From Fimbriosthenelais zetlandica (taxonomy: Eukaryota), in NCBI GenBank assembly GCA_977030845.1, contig OZ365111.1, positions 17,732,001-17,796,000 of the forward strand: a stretch of 64,000 bases of DNA, in the 5' to 3' direction. This document shows, one piece after another, positions 14,638-28,600 of this stretch (position 1 is its first letter; each line of letters starts with the position of its first letter). The notes beneath the pieces are model-generated. The model did no database searches. It saw only the letters and a list, made by a program, of their open reading frames with translations, and was not told the origin of the DNA. The position numbers and the translations under genes were made by a program.

Positions 14638-15628
14638 AGGTGTGTATATGCATGTTTATATATAATTGATGCATAAATTATAATGGTTGAAAACAGGAAA
14701 TTAATTTCAATGTTATCTCACTTATACTTGTAGGCCTACTGCTATTCTTTTTTATACCAATTAAGCAGAAGATAGTTGCCAATGAGTCTTTGGGCTGTCA
14801 TAATGATTCTTTGGTCTGCTATTATATTTCAGTGTAAAGTATAAGGAAAATCTGCTTAGAGGTTTCAAACATCATTTAAGATTAAACATTTGAATTTATC
14901 CACTGGTTAAGTCCACCACTATAATTTTGCCAACCTTGTATATATGACTACACGCCTAAGCTGCAGCATAGTGAGTAGGCTAGTGGAGTAGGCCCAGCTC
15001 TGCCTTACCCCACTATCCTCCAGGCTTTCTGGCTGGAGGGATTATGTGTGAAAGGCATGGAAGCAAGCCATAAGGCTCTGGACCCTGACACGGTCTTGAC
15101 ACGGGGCTCTACTTTGCATTGCTGTAGATAGCTCATATTTCCAAACGGTCTTCTCAGGGCTTGCTAATGTGACTGCGGGTCTTCTATGCCATTTGTATGC
15201 CATGTAAATGTGAGGTAATTCCTATATTGGCATGTCAGTGGCCAGAGAGCCGGATAAAGGGTTTCAACATAAGTGGTGTTTTCCCCTCGAGAGGGGACCC
15301 GCAAAATATCATATAGCCATCAGAAACACATTGACAGAATGATTGTAAGATCGTTTGTGGATCAGTCCATCTGTCAAGCTAAAAGTGGGATGGCTCTTTA
15401 TAAGGGAGGCGTTCAATGGAATTGTGAAATCTGGGCTTCACTTCAAAGTTATTATAGTCCTACTTCTACCATTGATCAATTTATGCTGCCCTGGAGAATA
15501 GGTGACCTCAGTGACTCTTCTATAGGTTACAGTGCATAGAACCTCACTATTTTGTTGCCTTTTCTGGTCGTTATGCTATATAGTGAATACATGAACGGGA
15601 TTTGTTACATACATGTATAATGCATTAT

Positions 15629-16016
15629 GTTATGTGAGGTGACGGTTATAGTGAGGTGACGGTTATAGTGAGGTGACCGTTATGTGTGGGTAACCGTTAT
15701 TTGAGCTGACGGTTATAGTGAGGTAACCGTTATAGTGAGGGCTAAGGTGACCGTTATGTGAGGTGACCGTTATGTGAGCTGACCGTTATGGGAGCTGACC
15801 GTTATGTGAGCTGACCGTTATGTGAGCTGACCGTTATGGGAGCTGACCGTTATAGTGAGGTGACCGTTATGGGAGCTGACCGTTATAGTGAGGTGACCGT
15901 TATGTGAGCTGACCGTTATTTGAGCTGACCGTTATGGGAGCTGACCGTTATAGTGAGGTGACCGTTATTTGAGCTGACCGTTATGTGAGCTGACCGTTAT
16001 ATGAGCTGACCGTTAT
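15629..16016. repeat. 16/17-bp minisatellite, about 24 copies
   Basis: Units (A)GTGAG(G/C)TGACCGTTAT. Confidence 0.95.
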
Positions 16017-19000
16017 TTTAGGTTCCACCGTACGAAACGAAAGAGCTGGGCATATAAGAGCAAAACCATTTTTACCATGAGTAACATCTTTATGATGGTC
16101 AAGACTGGCCTGTTGGGAACCACTTGCTGGCCTTTACTGAAGGACATCCGACCCTCTCCTGAAGCCTCCAGGGTCCGATCCTCCAGGGTGGAATGATACC
16201 ACATAGGATGAGAGAGCTGCATGGGTCACTATGGAGCGCCAAATGTCCATCCATTCTTCAAAAGCCCTCAAAACCCTTTAAACTTTGACAGTTCAGATAA
16301 AAGAGGAAAAACTGTCGTGTCAGCAGAAAAGTTTGGGTTAATTAACGTAAGTCCCCAAAAGAGGGGCCGGGGAAGATTTTCTCATTTGTAATACATTTTT
16401 TTAGCAATGGATAGAATAGATTTCCATGATAATTTTCTTTCTTTGTTGTTTTAATGTAAGGTGTACAGAGCAAAGCTTTATAGTCTGGCCTAGTCCACTG
16501 GGAATTGCATGAGCACTGAGCCTTGAAAAAATTAACCCGGACTGAACATTTAATTCCTAGTCATAAAACACTGTTGGATTTTTAGTTCACACATGGATCG
16601 ATTTGAACCTAGAATGCTCGTAATAATGAAAGATGAAAAAAAATATAACAATGATCATACTTGGACAACTTTCTATTGTGCATATTGCTTGTCTGCGTTA
16701 TCACGAAGATGCTGAGAAAGAACATGTGGAATAATGTGCTATAACATGATCAATGGAATACCACTCACAATATCGTGACTTCATTATAGTATCACAATCC
16801 AAGTCAGAGAAATCGACACCAAGATGAAGTCAGGCATCAACTGATAATTAATAGGTCCATCTCATTCCATCACATACTCAGATAGGAAGATAGGATTATC
16901 AGAAAATGATAAGTTGGCATTGGGCACGCCATAGTGGTTAGGGGAACGTAATGATGCCTCCCCGACCATCAGATTCCCTTGGTGATAGCGCCCGGATGAT
17001 CCGCAAGTTATGATGCATGGGCAACTCTGGCATTATCCACGGCCAAATAGTTCCCTTGACTCCCAGAAAGCAATGATAAATAGGGAGGGGATCGGGGGAG
17101 GAGATGGATAAGGGTGTCTGATACATGCCCCCCATGTATCTTTTATGTGAAAAAAATACCATCATTAAATATCTTTTTTTCCGGATGATTTCACATACAT
17201 TGGCATCAGAGGTGCATTTCACAATCCCAGACAAGTATCGAGTACTTATATTTTTTCCCGAAAGCATCAATTTCCAGCCAAAACCATTCCACCCACCCCC
17301 TGTTTGATAATAAATTTCTTCCCCATCCCAGAAAGGGTGAGTGTAAGGGAGAGGGGTGGGTAAATTACGTCTGGTGGTATGGAGGGCGTGACGATAACAT
17401 CAATGATATTGATGCTTGCATGAGGGAATGGTTCATTGGGGGCGACAGAACGGTTTGTCCATACATCCCTGAAAGCAAGCATTTTATACACCCATTGAAC
17501 TGATAGATGATCAATCACCTCCATGGCCGACCTTTATCCACCTATGATCCTTGATGGAAGAAATCTATGTCATGTTGCCCCTCATGTCCTTGTCAGACAT
17601 GTTGATGTATGGTCACCAATTTCTCTCTGCCTTGCCTTAATAATGGCTGAACTCCACTAGTTCGATTTTATTTGCTGTTGCACCTATAGTACTCCGATTT
17701 GGAGGTTTCCTTTGATTATTGCTTTAAATCGCGCAGAATTGTAGTAACCATAATTCAATCGCTCGACTTCTTATCAGTATAATCACCTCTTATTAGTATA
17801 ATCACTTCTTATCAGAATAATAAGCTCTTGAATTGACTCATAAGACAGTTAGTGGTCTACATGGCAAAGATCAAGATCAAGTGAATTGCGGTTGATTTGA
17901 GTATGGGAGGTCCAATTCATTACCCAAACAATATCGATTGTTATTTTCCCCTATAGTACTGGTACTTGGGTCACCTATAAGGTCCACCATGTCTCCCACA
18001 GCGTGTTTCCTACATGTTGGTGTCCATTTCTGTGGTAAAATTGGCAAATACTGCATGCATGTCGTACAATGCTTAAATCCTTTAATGAGTACAGTTATGC
18101 TTATGATAATGCACTATATGTAGCATTTGCATGACTTTTGCCAGATCAGTGAGACCTCAGCTTAAAATAGTCAAGCACTCAATCAATGCATTATATCATA
18201 GTACTAGACAATATCACTAAAAGAAAGGATAAGTTATGATGTAGTGCAGCTAATCAAGATATCAAGGCAACTGATAGCTTGGCCCAGAATTATTCCAACG
18301 AAGGCAGAAAAACTGAATGATTCATTGAAGCAAAAGACTGTCAAGACAGGAAATGATTTTGATGCATTGCAGCACTCGGCTTCTAAACACAGGGGGCCAG
18401 AGTTATGAAACAATAAGAGATTTTATCAATTAAATCCTAATTATCAGGGAGCATGAATTTGAATTAATGATCAATCTTATTGGATCATTCAAACTTGAGC
18501 TGGCACAGTAATAAATTTCACTGAACTTTGGTTTTGTTCTTCTTCTTGCATAATGAGAGAGACATTTCTGGAAGATTAAAACTTGGAGAACACGTACTGT
18601 AACTGAATAAGGCCTCGAAACTCAACTTCTTTCACCCTATAGTATAGCTTGAATGAAACTTGCTTGAATGCTTGAATAAGTCAGTTAGCTGGTTTATTTG
18701 GCAAAATTGTCAAACCATGAGTTTGAAAACTAAATATAACCAACAACCTGTCAAGAACTCAATGAGCCACCACTTCAATGGTTTGAGCATAGCTGTCAAT
18801 GTCAGCTGACACTGACAGTACATGCTTCATCTCGAATGTCCTCTTGTTTTAACATCCACTCCCGAAATTTCTCATCGTGAGGAAGGAGGTGCTTGGTGGT
18901 GAATCCTAGTCAAACACAGACTATGTCCTGTTAGAGTTAATCTTGTATGCAGGCCTCATACTAGTCTGGCCCTCTTGTGTACAGGAAACCAATAAGAGAA

Positions 19001-20352
19001 TAGTTGCCTGTCTCTGAATGCAGTGAGAACAATGCCTCACCCACGCGCCTGCGTGCTAAAATCTCTCTCCATTGAATAGATGACAAGAGTCGGAACGTTC
19101 ATGCCAAAGCTCCTGCGGTTCTGTCTCATTTGTTTGGTTAAAATTTGCCTGCTTGCTTTTTTGTCAAATTGATTATTGTCAGACCCGGTGACATTAGCCT
19201 TGACATAAATAAATATGCGGGTCCATTTTAAGGCTGTGACTGCTTCCTTTACACTTTCTGTCAACATCATGTTTCAAGGTGGAACGCGTGGAAGTTGGAA
19301 CTGGAATTCAATGATAGGGCCTTCTCAGGAATGCATTCAGATGAACCCAATGGCAAACAATTCATTCAGATAATAGACATTGTTGACGTTTTCATTATAC
19401 TGAAATCGAGCATATGCATTTGGTTGTCATGGCTCGCAAGGATTGAACTGCAAAACCAAACTGCAAAACCTGGTTGAAGGCTCGGGTCGTCTTGGCCCTC
19501 CTCAGAGCTCAAAATTTGATATTCCTTCTAAAATCTTTCATTGAGCCATGGTCTGAATTCAAGTCCTTCCCAAATGATTAATTGGAGAATCTGGGATAAC
19601 AATCCTTTTTCTCCTGATTATTTCCTAATATTTAATTGGATTTATCATAACAGATTGGGTAGTACTTCATCACCCGAGACCTCTGCACTGACACTTTTGC
19701 AAAGAAGGATTTGACATTGAGAAATCAACTGAATTGTAATAATTTGTCAGCTTTATAAATTAGTTGAATGTTCCATATTTAAGGGCAAACGAAGGTTGTC
19801 TAAGCTCACTTGATATAAAGGTATACTCCAACAGAAACCGCCCTCTATGCATTTCACGTTGGAGCACCAATGATTATAAAAAAATCAAATTTACTACTGA
19901 TAAAAACTGATTATACTTAACAACCTGCACCTCTGTCTATGAAATTTTAATTTCTTTAAAAAGATGTTCAATGGAAAATAAATGATAATCAGTTCCATGT
20001 TTTCTAAAAAGAATCAGGCCCCTGGAATGTTGATACCCTACAGTAAGGGCCTGTGAGGAGAACACATCTTTTTCCTTCAGTGCCTTCGTGGGGCTCCCAC
20101 TGCCCATCACCCTGCCCCCAGGAACCCTCTCGGGTCAGAGCCCCAACAAAAGAGGCTGACCCCTAATGGGGATCCCTCGTATCGGACTCAATCTTATCTT
20201 TCCACTGCCTTCTTCAGGCCAAAGCCAGGGGTCCATAATAAGTAGCTAGAAGCACTGACCGGTGTGGCCCTGAGACATCTGGCTCTAAAGGTCCAAATCC
20301 ACTAAGCCGTTCTCTGGAATTTCCTTAACACAAGACATTTCAATCCTCCTAC

Positions 20353-20418
20353 CTTTGATTTCGGGAAAACAGGACAAACAATGCTTACCTGGAACAAAAA
20401 GAAAAGGAAATGATTAGG
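20353..20418 (-). other. Candidate recursive splice site / RS-exon (or a 36-nt phase 1-1 exon)
   Basis: Minus strand reads branch-like CCTAATC, then TTTCCTTTTCTTTTTGTTCCAG|GTAAGC (AG at 20390-20389). A second donor AAG|GTAGGA lies 36 nt downstream. Confidence 0.45.
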
Positions 20419-22498
20419 AAAGAGTTTCATATAATGCAAATGACATAACAGTGTTGTGAGGTACAGCGTATGGAATTTTTTTTTTATTAAATCGTTTAAG
20501 TGAGCGAGCGAGTGAGGGATAGAGGGAGATATGGAGAAATAGAATGGGACGCAAAGATGGATGGAGAAAGGAAAGGAGAAACCCAGAGAGACAGAGAGAT
20601 GGAGAGACGCAGAGAGAGGGCCTGAGTATTGGGCCTGCTGTATGGAAAGCGCCATACAAATTCTAAAAAAACTCCATGTAGCTGAAGCATTTCGCGGGGG
20701 ATTATAATGCTAACAGCTTCTTGCTCTGCAGTCAGTGTATGATGTTGCATGTTTGATAAATCTCCCATTATAGCAATGTTTATCATTCCCCAGGTTATTG
20801 CTCATAAGAACCTGACATAAGCCTCACAGATAGCAATGAGATTTTATGCACCACTACTTCCTTTTATACACAGCTAATACTGTTCTCTTCTTCATGCTTT
20901 GGATATTTATTATATTTTATATATAATTTATGCATTAAGAATTCGATTTAAAAGATAGAACATTGCCATGGCATTTGTTGAGTCCAGTTAGCAGAAACTG
21001 AGAGTGCATGTTCATTTTGGGAGATTGTCAATACAAAATAACATCCAACTTTTAAATTCTAAAATTTTATACAAACCCAACGCAATAGAAATACTTCGAA
21101 ACGGAAAACTGTTTAAACGTTTGAAATGAAACACTAAAATGGTGTTTATTAAAAACTAAGAATGTAACAAAGTGGACTTTTAGAGAAAATTGCAAGTCAT
21201 TGATGAATGCTTCTGAAATCCAATTTGTAAATCCAATAAACCACTGCAGGTACTACAGGAGAGAAAAGACATTTTTTAATTTCCATGTAGCCCCAGCTCA
21301 AATGCTCGAATTTCTGGTTAGATCTTAGCAATATCTGACATATTTTATTTCTGACAGGTGTCTTTAGGAAACGGGTTCTGATTCTAATTTGTAAATAATA
21401 AAAATTGGACAAAGTCCTATATCTCTGAGAGAGCAGGAAGTTCCACATTTAGTAGGAACTCAACCCGTTCCATACTCTCGTTTCATTCATACCTGTCGCC
21501 TGGTTCCCCTATCAAACATGAACCAGGTTGCCATGGCAACAAAAACATTGGCTCTATGTACATTTACATAATTCAAATCGCCAAATTGCCGGGTATTCAT
21601 TCAACATCAAATGCCACTTTGTGTCAGTGAGTCCATGTTAAAAAGTTGAAAAGCCATTGCATACGTGAAGCGATATTGAACAGTTCTTAATACAGGTGTC
21701 CATATTGTATTATACTGAGAAAATTAATGACATCCTGCATGATCGATACAGGAACTAGTGCAACGACTTATGTAAGACAATATTCTAATGCTGATAACAT
21801 GTATATATAAAACTATATTCTCATGCTGATTATATCTATGTAAGACTATATTCTTATTCTGATAACAGACTTAAGCCCCATATCCACTGTGGTGTTTCCT
21901 GCCTTTGAGCAATTGACAGCCGACTGCATGGCGTTCAACAGTACAATGTGTATGGGCCAACGTTGAGAAAATAGCCCAGAGAACATGGGTTCTACAATCA
22001 TGTTCACACAGATCGTTTTGTGTAAACCCTTGTAATTATAAGCATGATATTTATTTGCCAAATAGAGAGGAGAAAAGCACACAGTGTGTGTAATTGTGTA
22101 TGATGAATGTGGTTTTGATTAATGTGATCGACTGTGGGCTGTTATTGTATAAAGGTACTCTATGAGTGTGGTGAAAGGTGATGGGGGAGAGAGACGAGGG
22201 AAATACGGGAGAGAGAGGGAGCCTGGGAAGAGAAGCACCTGGCTTTATCATTATAAAAGGTTCACACAGTGTGCGATTTATTACTAGACAGAAAAAAAAA
22301 CTTTCCCGCCCACCATCTGAACATCACAAGTGGTGTTCTCATCTAGATGTGGATTCACAACGTGATTCATGGTAATGATTTCATACTAAACCTGGCAAAT
22401 GATTCTACTAGCCTATTCTATACATCATTTCTCAACTTCTTAAGTCCATGTCCATTGCCGTTATGAGCCGCACTCAGTTGACCATACGGATATGTATA

Positions 22499-22681
22499 CC
22501 ATATTTGCCGGTGTATAAGCCGCACCTATGTATAAGCCGCACCCCTGGCCTCTCAGGTTAAATTCCACATATAAGCCGCCGCGGCTTTGTATAGAAATAT
22601 ATTTAAAAGTCGCGTCGTTTTATTAGTCGCAGGCCGTGACTTTCTGGAAAAAGATCGCGGCTTATACACCGGCAAGTACGG
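22499..22681. mobile_element. Tc1/mariner (pogo/Tigger-like) MITE
   Basis: TIRs CCATATTTGCCGGTGTATAAGCCGC / GCGGCTTATACACCGGCAAGTACGG with TA on both flanks. Confidence 0.85.
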
Positions 22682-25600
22682 TACATACAAGTGGGATAGT
22701 AGTATGGAACAGAAGGACATGAGTACAGGTATATATACTACTGTCCAAACAACTTTAATGTAAAATGGCAGTTTCTAGTGATGTCCGACTGCTACTATTA
22801 TTTTCTAACTTTGTAAGCCATATGTTGTATGGACGTAGCCCACGTCGTAGACCGTCGTGTAATGACGTCTGGGGATCTTGTCTGAAAAATTACTATAGTG
22901 TTTCAAATGGGATCAAAATCCTGCCAATTTTTCATGTTTTTTTCAACCAAGCTGCATACTCCGAGCCACTAAAAGCTCCCCGTCCAGTGCAGGAGGAATA
23001 CTTTATGGATTGTCACACGTTAAGACTTAAAATGCTCCCTCGTGAATGAGAACAGATTGCCTCGGCAGATTTCATTAGCTGACCTAATTGATGTCTTTTT
23101 TTCCATGAGCACACTATCTCCCCAACTCATTCCTCACTATCAATAATTCAATCGGTGATAATCCCGAAAATTCTTTTCTGTCTCTTGTATTCTCATCTTC
23201 TTCAGGCTGGTTGGCAAATTAGTGCCTTGGTTAAAACAACTTCAGAAGCGATTTGTTATACCTGTCTCTTCTGCATGAATGCATGCTCGTAGGCTTATAT
23301 CAAAACCTTCTTCGTCCTTTATATATAGAGTTGCTATAGCAACTATTATGTTTTACAAAGTTTAAAATATATCATCAATAGAAATCTTTGCATTACAATG
23401 TCTGCGGAAGCTTTTCTGTCCAAGTTTTACCCGATCGAAATACCACAGGAGGAAAACAACAATGTGGCCTTTAACTTCTTATATCTTGAAATTGCTTCGT
23501 TCTAAACAACTCTTTCTGCTGAAAATGTTTCAACAAACTTTTTCGTTTCTCCCAATAAGTTCCCCATTGTCGGTACAACCTTGCTGTTTTAGTTTTTGCA
23601 GGTCTTATCAACTTATTGTGTTTAAAATTGCTCTGTGTCAGCACTTTCACCAACTCCTATAATGTCGCCTCCAAAGGAGACACTTTGCCCATTAATGGGA
23701 GGTCAAGCAGAAAATGACAAAGGAGTAACGGTATATGTCCAGTCTGCCCTCTAATTTATGGTCATCAGTGAGAGTGGGAGAGGTCAATTAAGAGGATGAA
23801 GGACAAGATTTGGTTGATGCTATATAGAGACAGATGTTCACTTAGCATGCTGGAATTTCCATCCCAAAAGATGAAGTGATTGGCAAAGAGGCCATTGCGG
23901 AACAGCTAATGTGGTGGTCTATTTGTGGGTAGTATTAAACAACCCGTTTATGCCTAACAATTTTACAAAGCCTGTGAACCTATTTTCTTACCAGATATCA
24001 CTGTAAGAAACTCTTCCAGCAATAATGGACAATTTCTTGTACAAATATGTTGTAATGGACTATATAAGACTATGTATACTACGCAACCAGTTGGGCTCAT
24101 TCCATAAAGGAGTATATTATAATATGAACATACTTTATGAAACGGGCCCCAGGTGTATGTAGGAGGTCTTTGCACCTGTCATTTTCTGCCCACCACTGTA
24201 CTCACTTCACTTAGGTCTCCTGACAAGCAATTCACCAAGGCTAATGGCCATGTCCTGGCTGCCTCAATGGAAGGTGAGGAGAACCGAGAAAAGCCAATTA
24301 CATTCTCAACAAGCAGGCTCTATTCTTTACCCTGGTCTAAATCCTCGTCTTTTTCATTAAAACTTCTTTGATGAAGAAGCCCTTTTTATAATTGCTTTTG
24401 ATTGTTTGCAACCCGAACCTGTCATTTCCCATGTCTTACCATATACATGTACATTATGCGAGATGGTAAGAGAAGGAAGATAATTTTGGATTAAAAAAAC
24501 AGGTTTCATTTGGCAAATGGATATAGCGTGAAAGGGTATTGTGCCAAAGATATTGTCCCCAGTTTTAATGTGAAATCCATTCTCGTCCCCACCCGTTTCT
24601 CCAATCTCCTCTCCACCCCCCCCCCCCCACTCTCTCTCTCTCTCTCACTTTTTAAACAAAATTGACACATCTGTTATTGGATACGTTATGGGATATAAAA
24701 ATGTTATTACATAGTATTGAATTACACAAAATTAAAACAAATTACGCAACAGCCACAAATAGAAGTATACACTTTCACTATCTAAATTTAAGAGAACTGT
24801 ATCCTCGCTGTCTCCGATGCTCACTTCTTAAGTTAAATGAATCTCAGTTGAAGCTGAAGGGCAGACTACTCTTGTATATTCAATGACAGTAAACCGATCC
24901 CTCTAAGCTCATTAAATGAGGTACACCTAGGATTGCTACTCAGTAATTTCTTCTCAGATTATAGGACGAGAGCTTACAGGATTAAGGACGGGTTGCTATG
25001 GGAATGTAAAAAGTTGCTTCAACATCAATTAAGTGTCAATTTTCGCCCATAGTATAGCTTTAGGTAAAATGGCTGATTTTCACTCCAAAAGCCATGCATG
25101 CCCATTAATTTCTTGGCCATTTCATACCAGGTTTTTTTCCAAGGTGAGCTGCCGTCATGTGCGTCAATACATATGGACATACACATTCCATATAGGACTC
25201 CATTGGGCAGATTGATATTGCGCCATTAAAAACTGTTCAATTCATGAATATAAATGCATATTAAAAGAATGCATGTATTTTAGTTATGCTCTCTAATGAT
25301 ATAAGATGTTATAGAATTACTTTATTCCTTCACATTACTCTCAGTCATAAAGGGTACTTATACAAAGGGTATTCTTATTACTATACAATAGAGTCCTATG
25401 CTTAAAAGGGATGGGTCTGCCACTCTCCTATACATATACGTCCTTAGAATAATATCAAACCTATTGATTAGTTCCTAATTAATTACCACAGAACTATGTG
25501 ATGTGTCTCTAGACCATATAATACTCACGCCCCGGTCTGCCCCTAATTGATTTCCCTCAAAGAATCAATGAATCATTAGCGGCCCTCTCCCGACGCTGCC

Positions 25601-28600
25601 TCTGCCCAATGAGGACTTGTTTTACATCCCATTGGATGTACCGCCCATTCCCATTGGGCGATCAGCTTGCTGGGGCTGGTGGCTTTCCACATGAGGGGAT
25701 CTATCCCTGTACAGTTGTTCTTTATAGAATTACTCGCTTCAAACACCCTGCACTTCCTCTATATATAACTTTAGATGTAGTTACTATGCTTCATCATCCA
25801 ATGGGGGAGTCTGAATGGGGATAGGGATCTGATATAGGCTATATATGGATTTACTCTCCTAAACATGCCCGTTTTCTTCATACTTTTTCCCTTGGAATAC
25901 TTGAATTAGTTCATGGTTAGCGTAGGATTTCAGGGGCAGATCCAGGATTTTGGAGACGGTGGGGGGTGGGGGGTGTTCAGGAGAGAAAATGCTCTTCTTT
26001 TATTATCTTCCTTTCAGGACATGTCCACCCAATTCATTTGCTGTTTTAAGATATGAAGATGCACTGCATTTTTTGTCCACATAATTTCAATTATACCCAT
26101 CAAAAAAGAACTGCACCATGAAATCTGGGACGGGAACTTGGTTTTTGGCATAATGGCCTAATTTGCATGAAATGCCTTATTGATTTTATGCATGAATTAT
26201 TCAATTCCAAATTTGTTCCTTAAATCCTGTATGCCCTATATCGAACGTGGAACAATTTCCCATCAGATTATATAAGGGATCCTGGAGGGTTTAGGTATAC
26301 TTATATGCATGCAAGTGTTGTTGTGGTGGTGGTGGTGGTGGGGGGGGGGGGTAGGATTCATTATAGAACTAATGAGAAACAAATCCATATTGTTCCGTCT
26401 TGTATAGCAGCCAATAAAAAAACTCCATTTATCCTGATAAGGAGTGTTTTTGTGTAGGAACTATATAATTCTTTAATTACAGTACTGTTTGTTGGGGGAA
26501 GTCACAATGGGTTTAATGCCTGTAATTTATCTGTAATTGCTACAGATGATTTACTGCCTCAACCAGAACATACTGTATGGCAGTTTGTGAGGCATCAACA
26601 CAACTTAATAGGCTACTTCCAGCGTTCATGCATGGTGGAAAAATCAATAAAATATTGATTTCTTATTGTAAGCCAGTCACGTGTCGATGCTGCATGCGAG
26701 CACTGCCTGTTGCATGTAAAATAATTTTAGGTCATGACACAAAATAGCAACTTTTAATGTGATCCGAAAATTTGAGTCCCTTCTGTATTATTTATATGAA
26801 AAACGATGGAAAGGGAAAATGCTTGTTGGGCCTGTTAATATCATAAATAATTATGCCATAAACATTTTAGAGAGGCTATATGTTCAGTTTATAAGTTTTT
26901 CAGTTATATTAATATGCATGCATGTAATATGCAAAATGGCACAAACCTATCAATCATCCAGTGGGTTGATGGAATATACTGTTCAAACTGGTATAAACTA
27001 ATCCCTCCCAACCCAACAGATGGAAATTTGATAACACTATCTCCATCGCCCGATGATTTATTAAGTCACATCTAGGTTGTCTAAATTTTTCATCTGCAAA
27101 ATTTTCACCTGGTTGTGCATTTTGTCTGTTCCCACAAACCAACTTATGGAATGGTATAGAAACCTGCAAAACCAGTCGGTCGGTCGGTATCTGCTTGGTG
27201 TGTGAGAACCTAATACAGTGCCCCCCCCAAAAAAAAAACAACAACAACAAAAAACAAAGTGGGACCAGACGAACATTGTCCGTTTAGGTGATGGTCGGAT
27301 GTGGGGTGGGGGGGGGAGAACCGTACCTGCAAGATAATCTAAACAACACTCAGGGACAGATCTATATTGTAATAGATACATATCTCTCGGCCTGACACAT
27401 ATGGAGATGCTAAAAGCCTGTGTCAACCAGCTGCGGTCACTGCCCAATGCTCCTGCATTATTAATCTTGAATGATAAGACACTATAGTAATCATTGATAG
27501 CTACAGTCTATCTACGTCCCCCTGTCCCGGGCCTACTAGAACCATTAAGATAAGGCAACAATGGGACGCCAATGAATTATTTGCCCATCAGCTGATGCTA
27601 TAGGAACGAGTTGAAAAGCAATTTTCGTATGGGTTTGTCCGGTTTTGATACGACTGTCAATGAATGGGCGTGGACCAGCGAGATGGCACAGTGATATGCT
27701 ACTGACAAAAAGGCTTTTGTCAGCTGGAATTTTTAGTATAATCACTATTAAACTAAAATCCCTCACAGTCAAGTTCCAAATATAGAATATTATTCCCATA
27801 GAACATGAAACGGGTCAGTCAATCTTCCTTCCTTTGCTCGGTTTAGCCAGGGAAAAGTAACCTTCCTTCTCACCTTCGTATCACATTTGTGAAAGTCAAT
27901 GACCTTTTCTTAGATAATGATTGACTTCGTGGATGGGAAAGGTTTATTTTAAACAACCTACACTGTATATGTACACCCATTGCTGCAAGCCCCTCTATTC
28001 TGACCAGTGACAATGACACCCAGAAGGGTTGAAAACATGGCAATAAAGACCACCCACGTAATGGCCCAGACACAGCCAAAGCCACCTCCGATGTCCAACG
28101 CCAATGGAGACATTTCCAATTGCAATGGCAATTCCTGCAGCCTCATGCCATTTCTCTGAGGATGTCCTTTCACCCCTGGAATTATTAATCCCTCTCTGGT
28201 GACTTGTTTGTGGGGCGTCAAGCCAAGGCTTGATGGCATAACCCGGGGACATAAAGCCGGATAAGATTCATCCCACAGGCCCACTGATAACAAAGGAGTC
28301 TGGTAGACAGCTAGAGAAAACTTAAGTGGGGACGGGGGTGGGGGGTTGCGGGTTGGGGGTGGGTATGGAAGTGGACATTGGACAAGGATAGATCGGGGGT
28401 TGGGTGTGTGTGTGTGTGTGGGGGGGGGGGGGGGGTGGTCCAAGGGGTTAAGACCCCTACTTTTCATAGATGTTTTTGTTGCTTGAATTGTAATTGTGTG
28501 TGCCACAAGGCTGGACCCCCATCCTCACTTTTCACAGCGACCCCCCACCCCCACACACACTTTTGAAAATCCTGGATGTCCAGGTTGGTGGAGGGCATGG

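Noticed and set aside
15629-16016. Regular short repeats as a CRISPR-like array
   Set aside because: The units are head-to-tail with no unique spacers and no cas genes, in a eukaryotic context.
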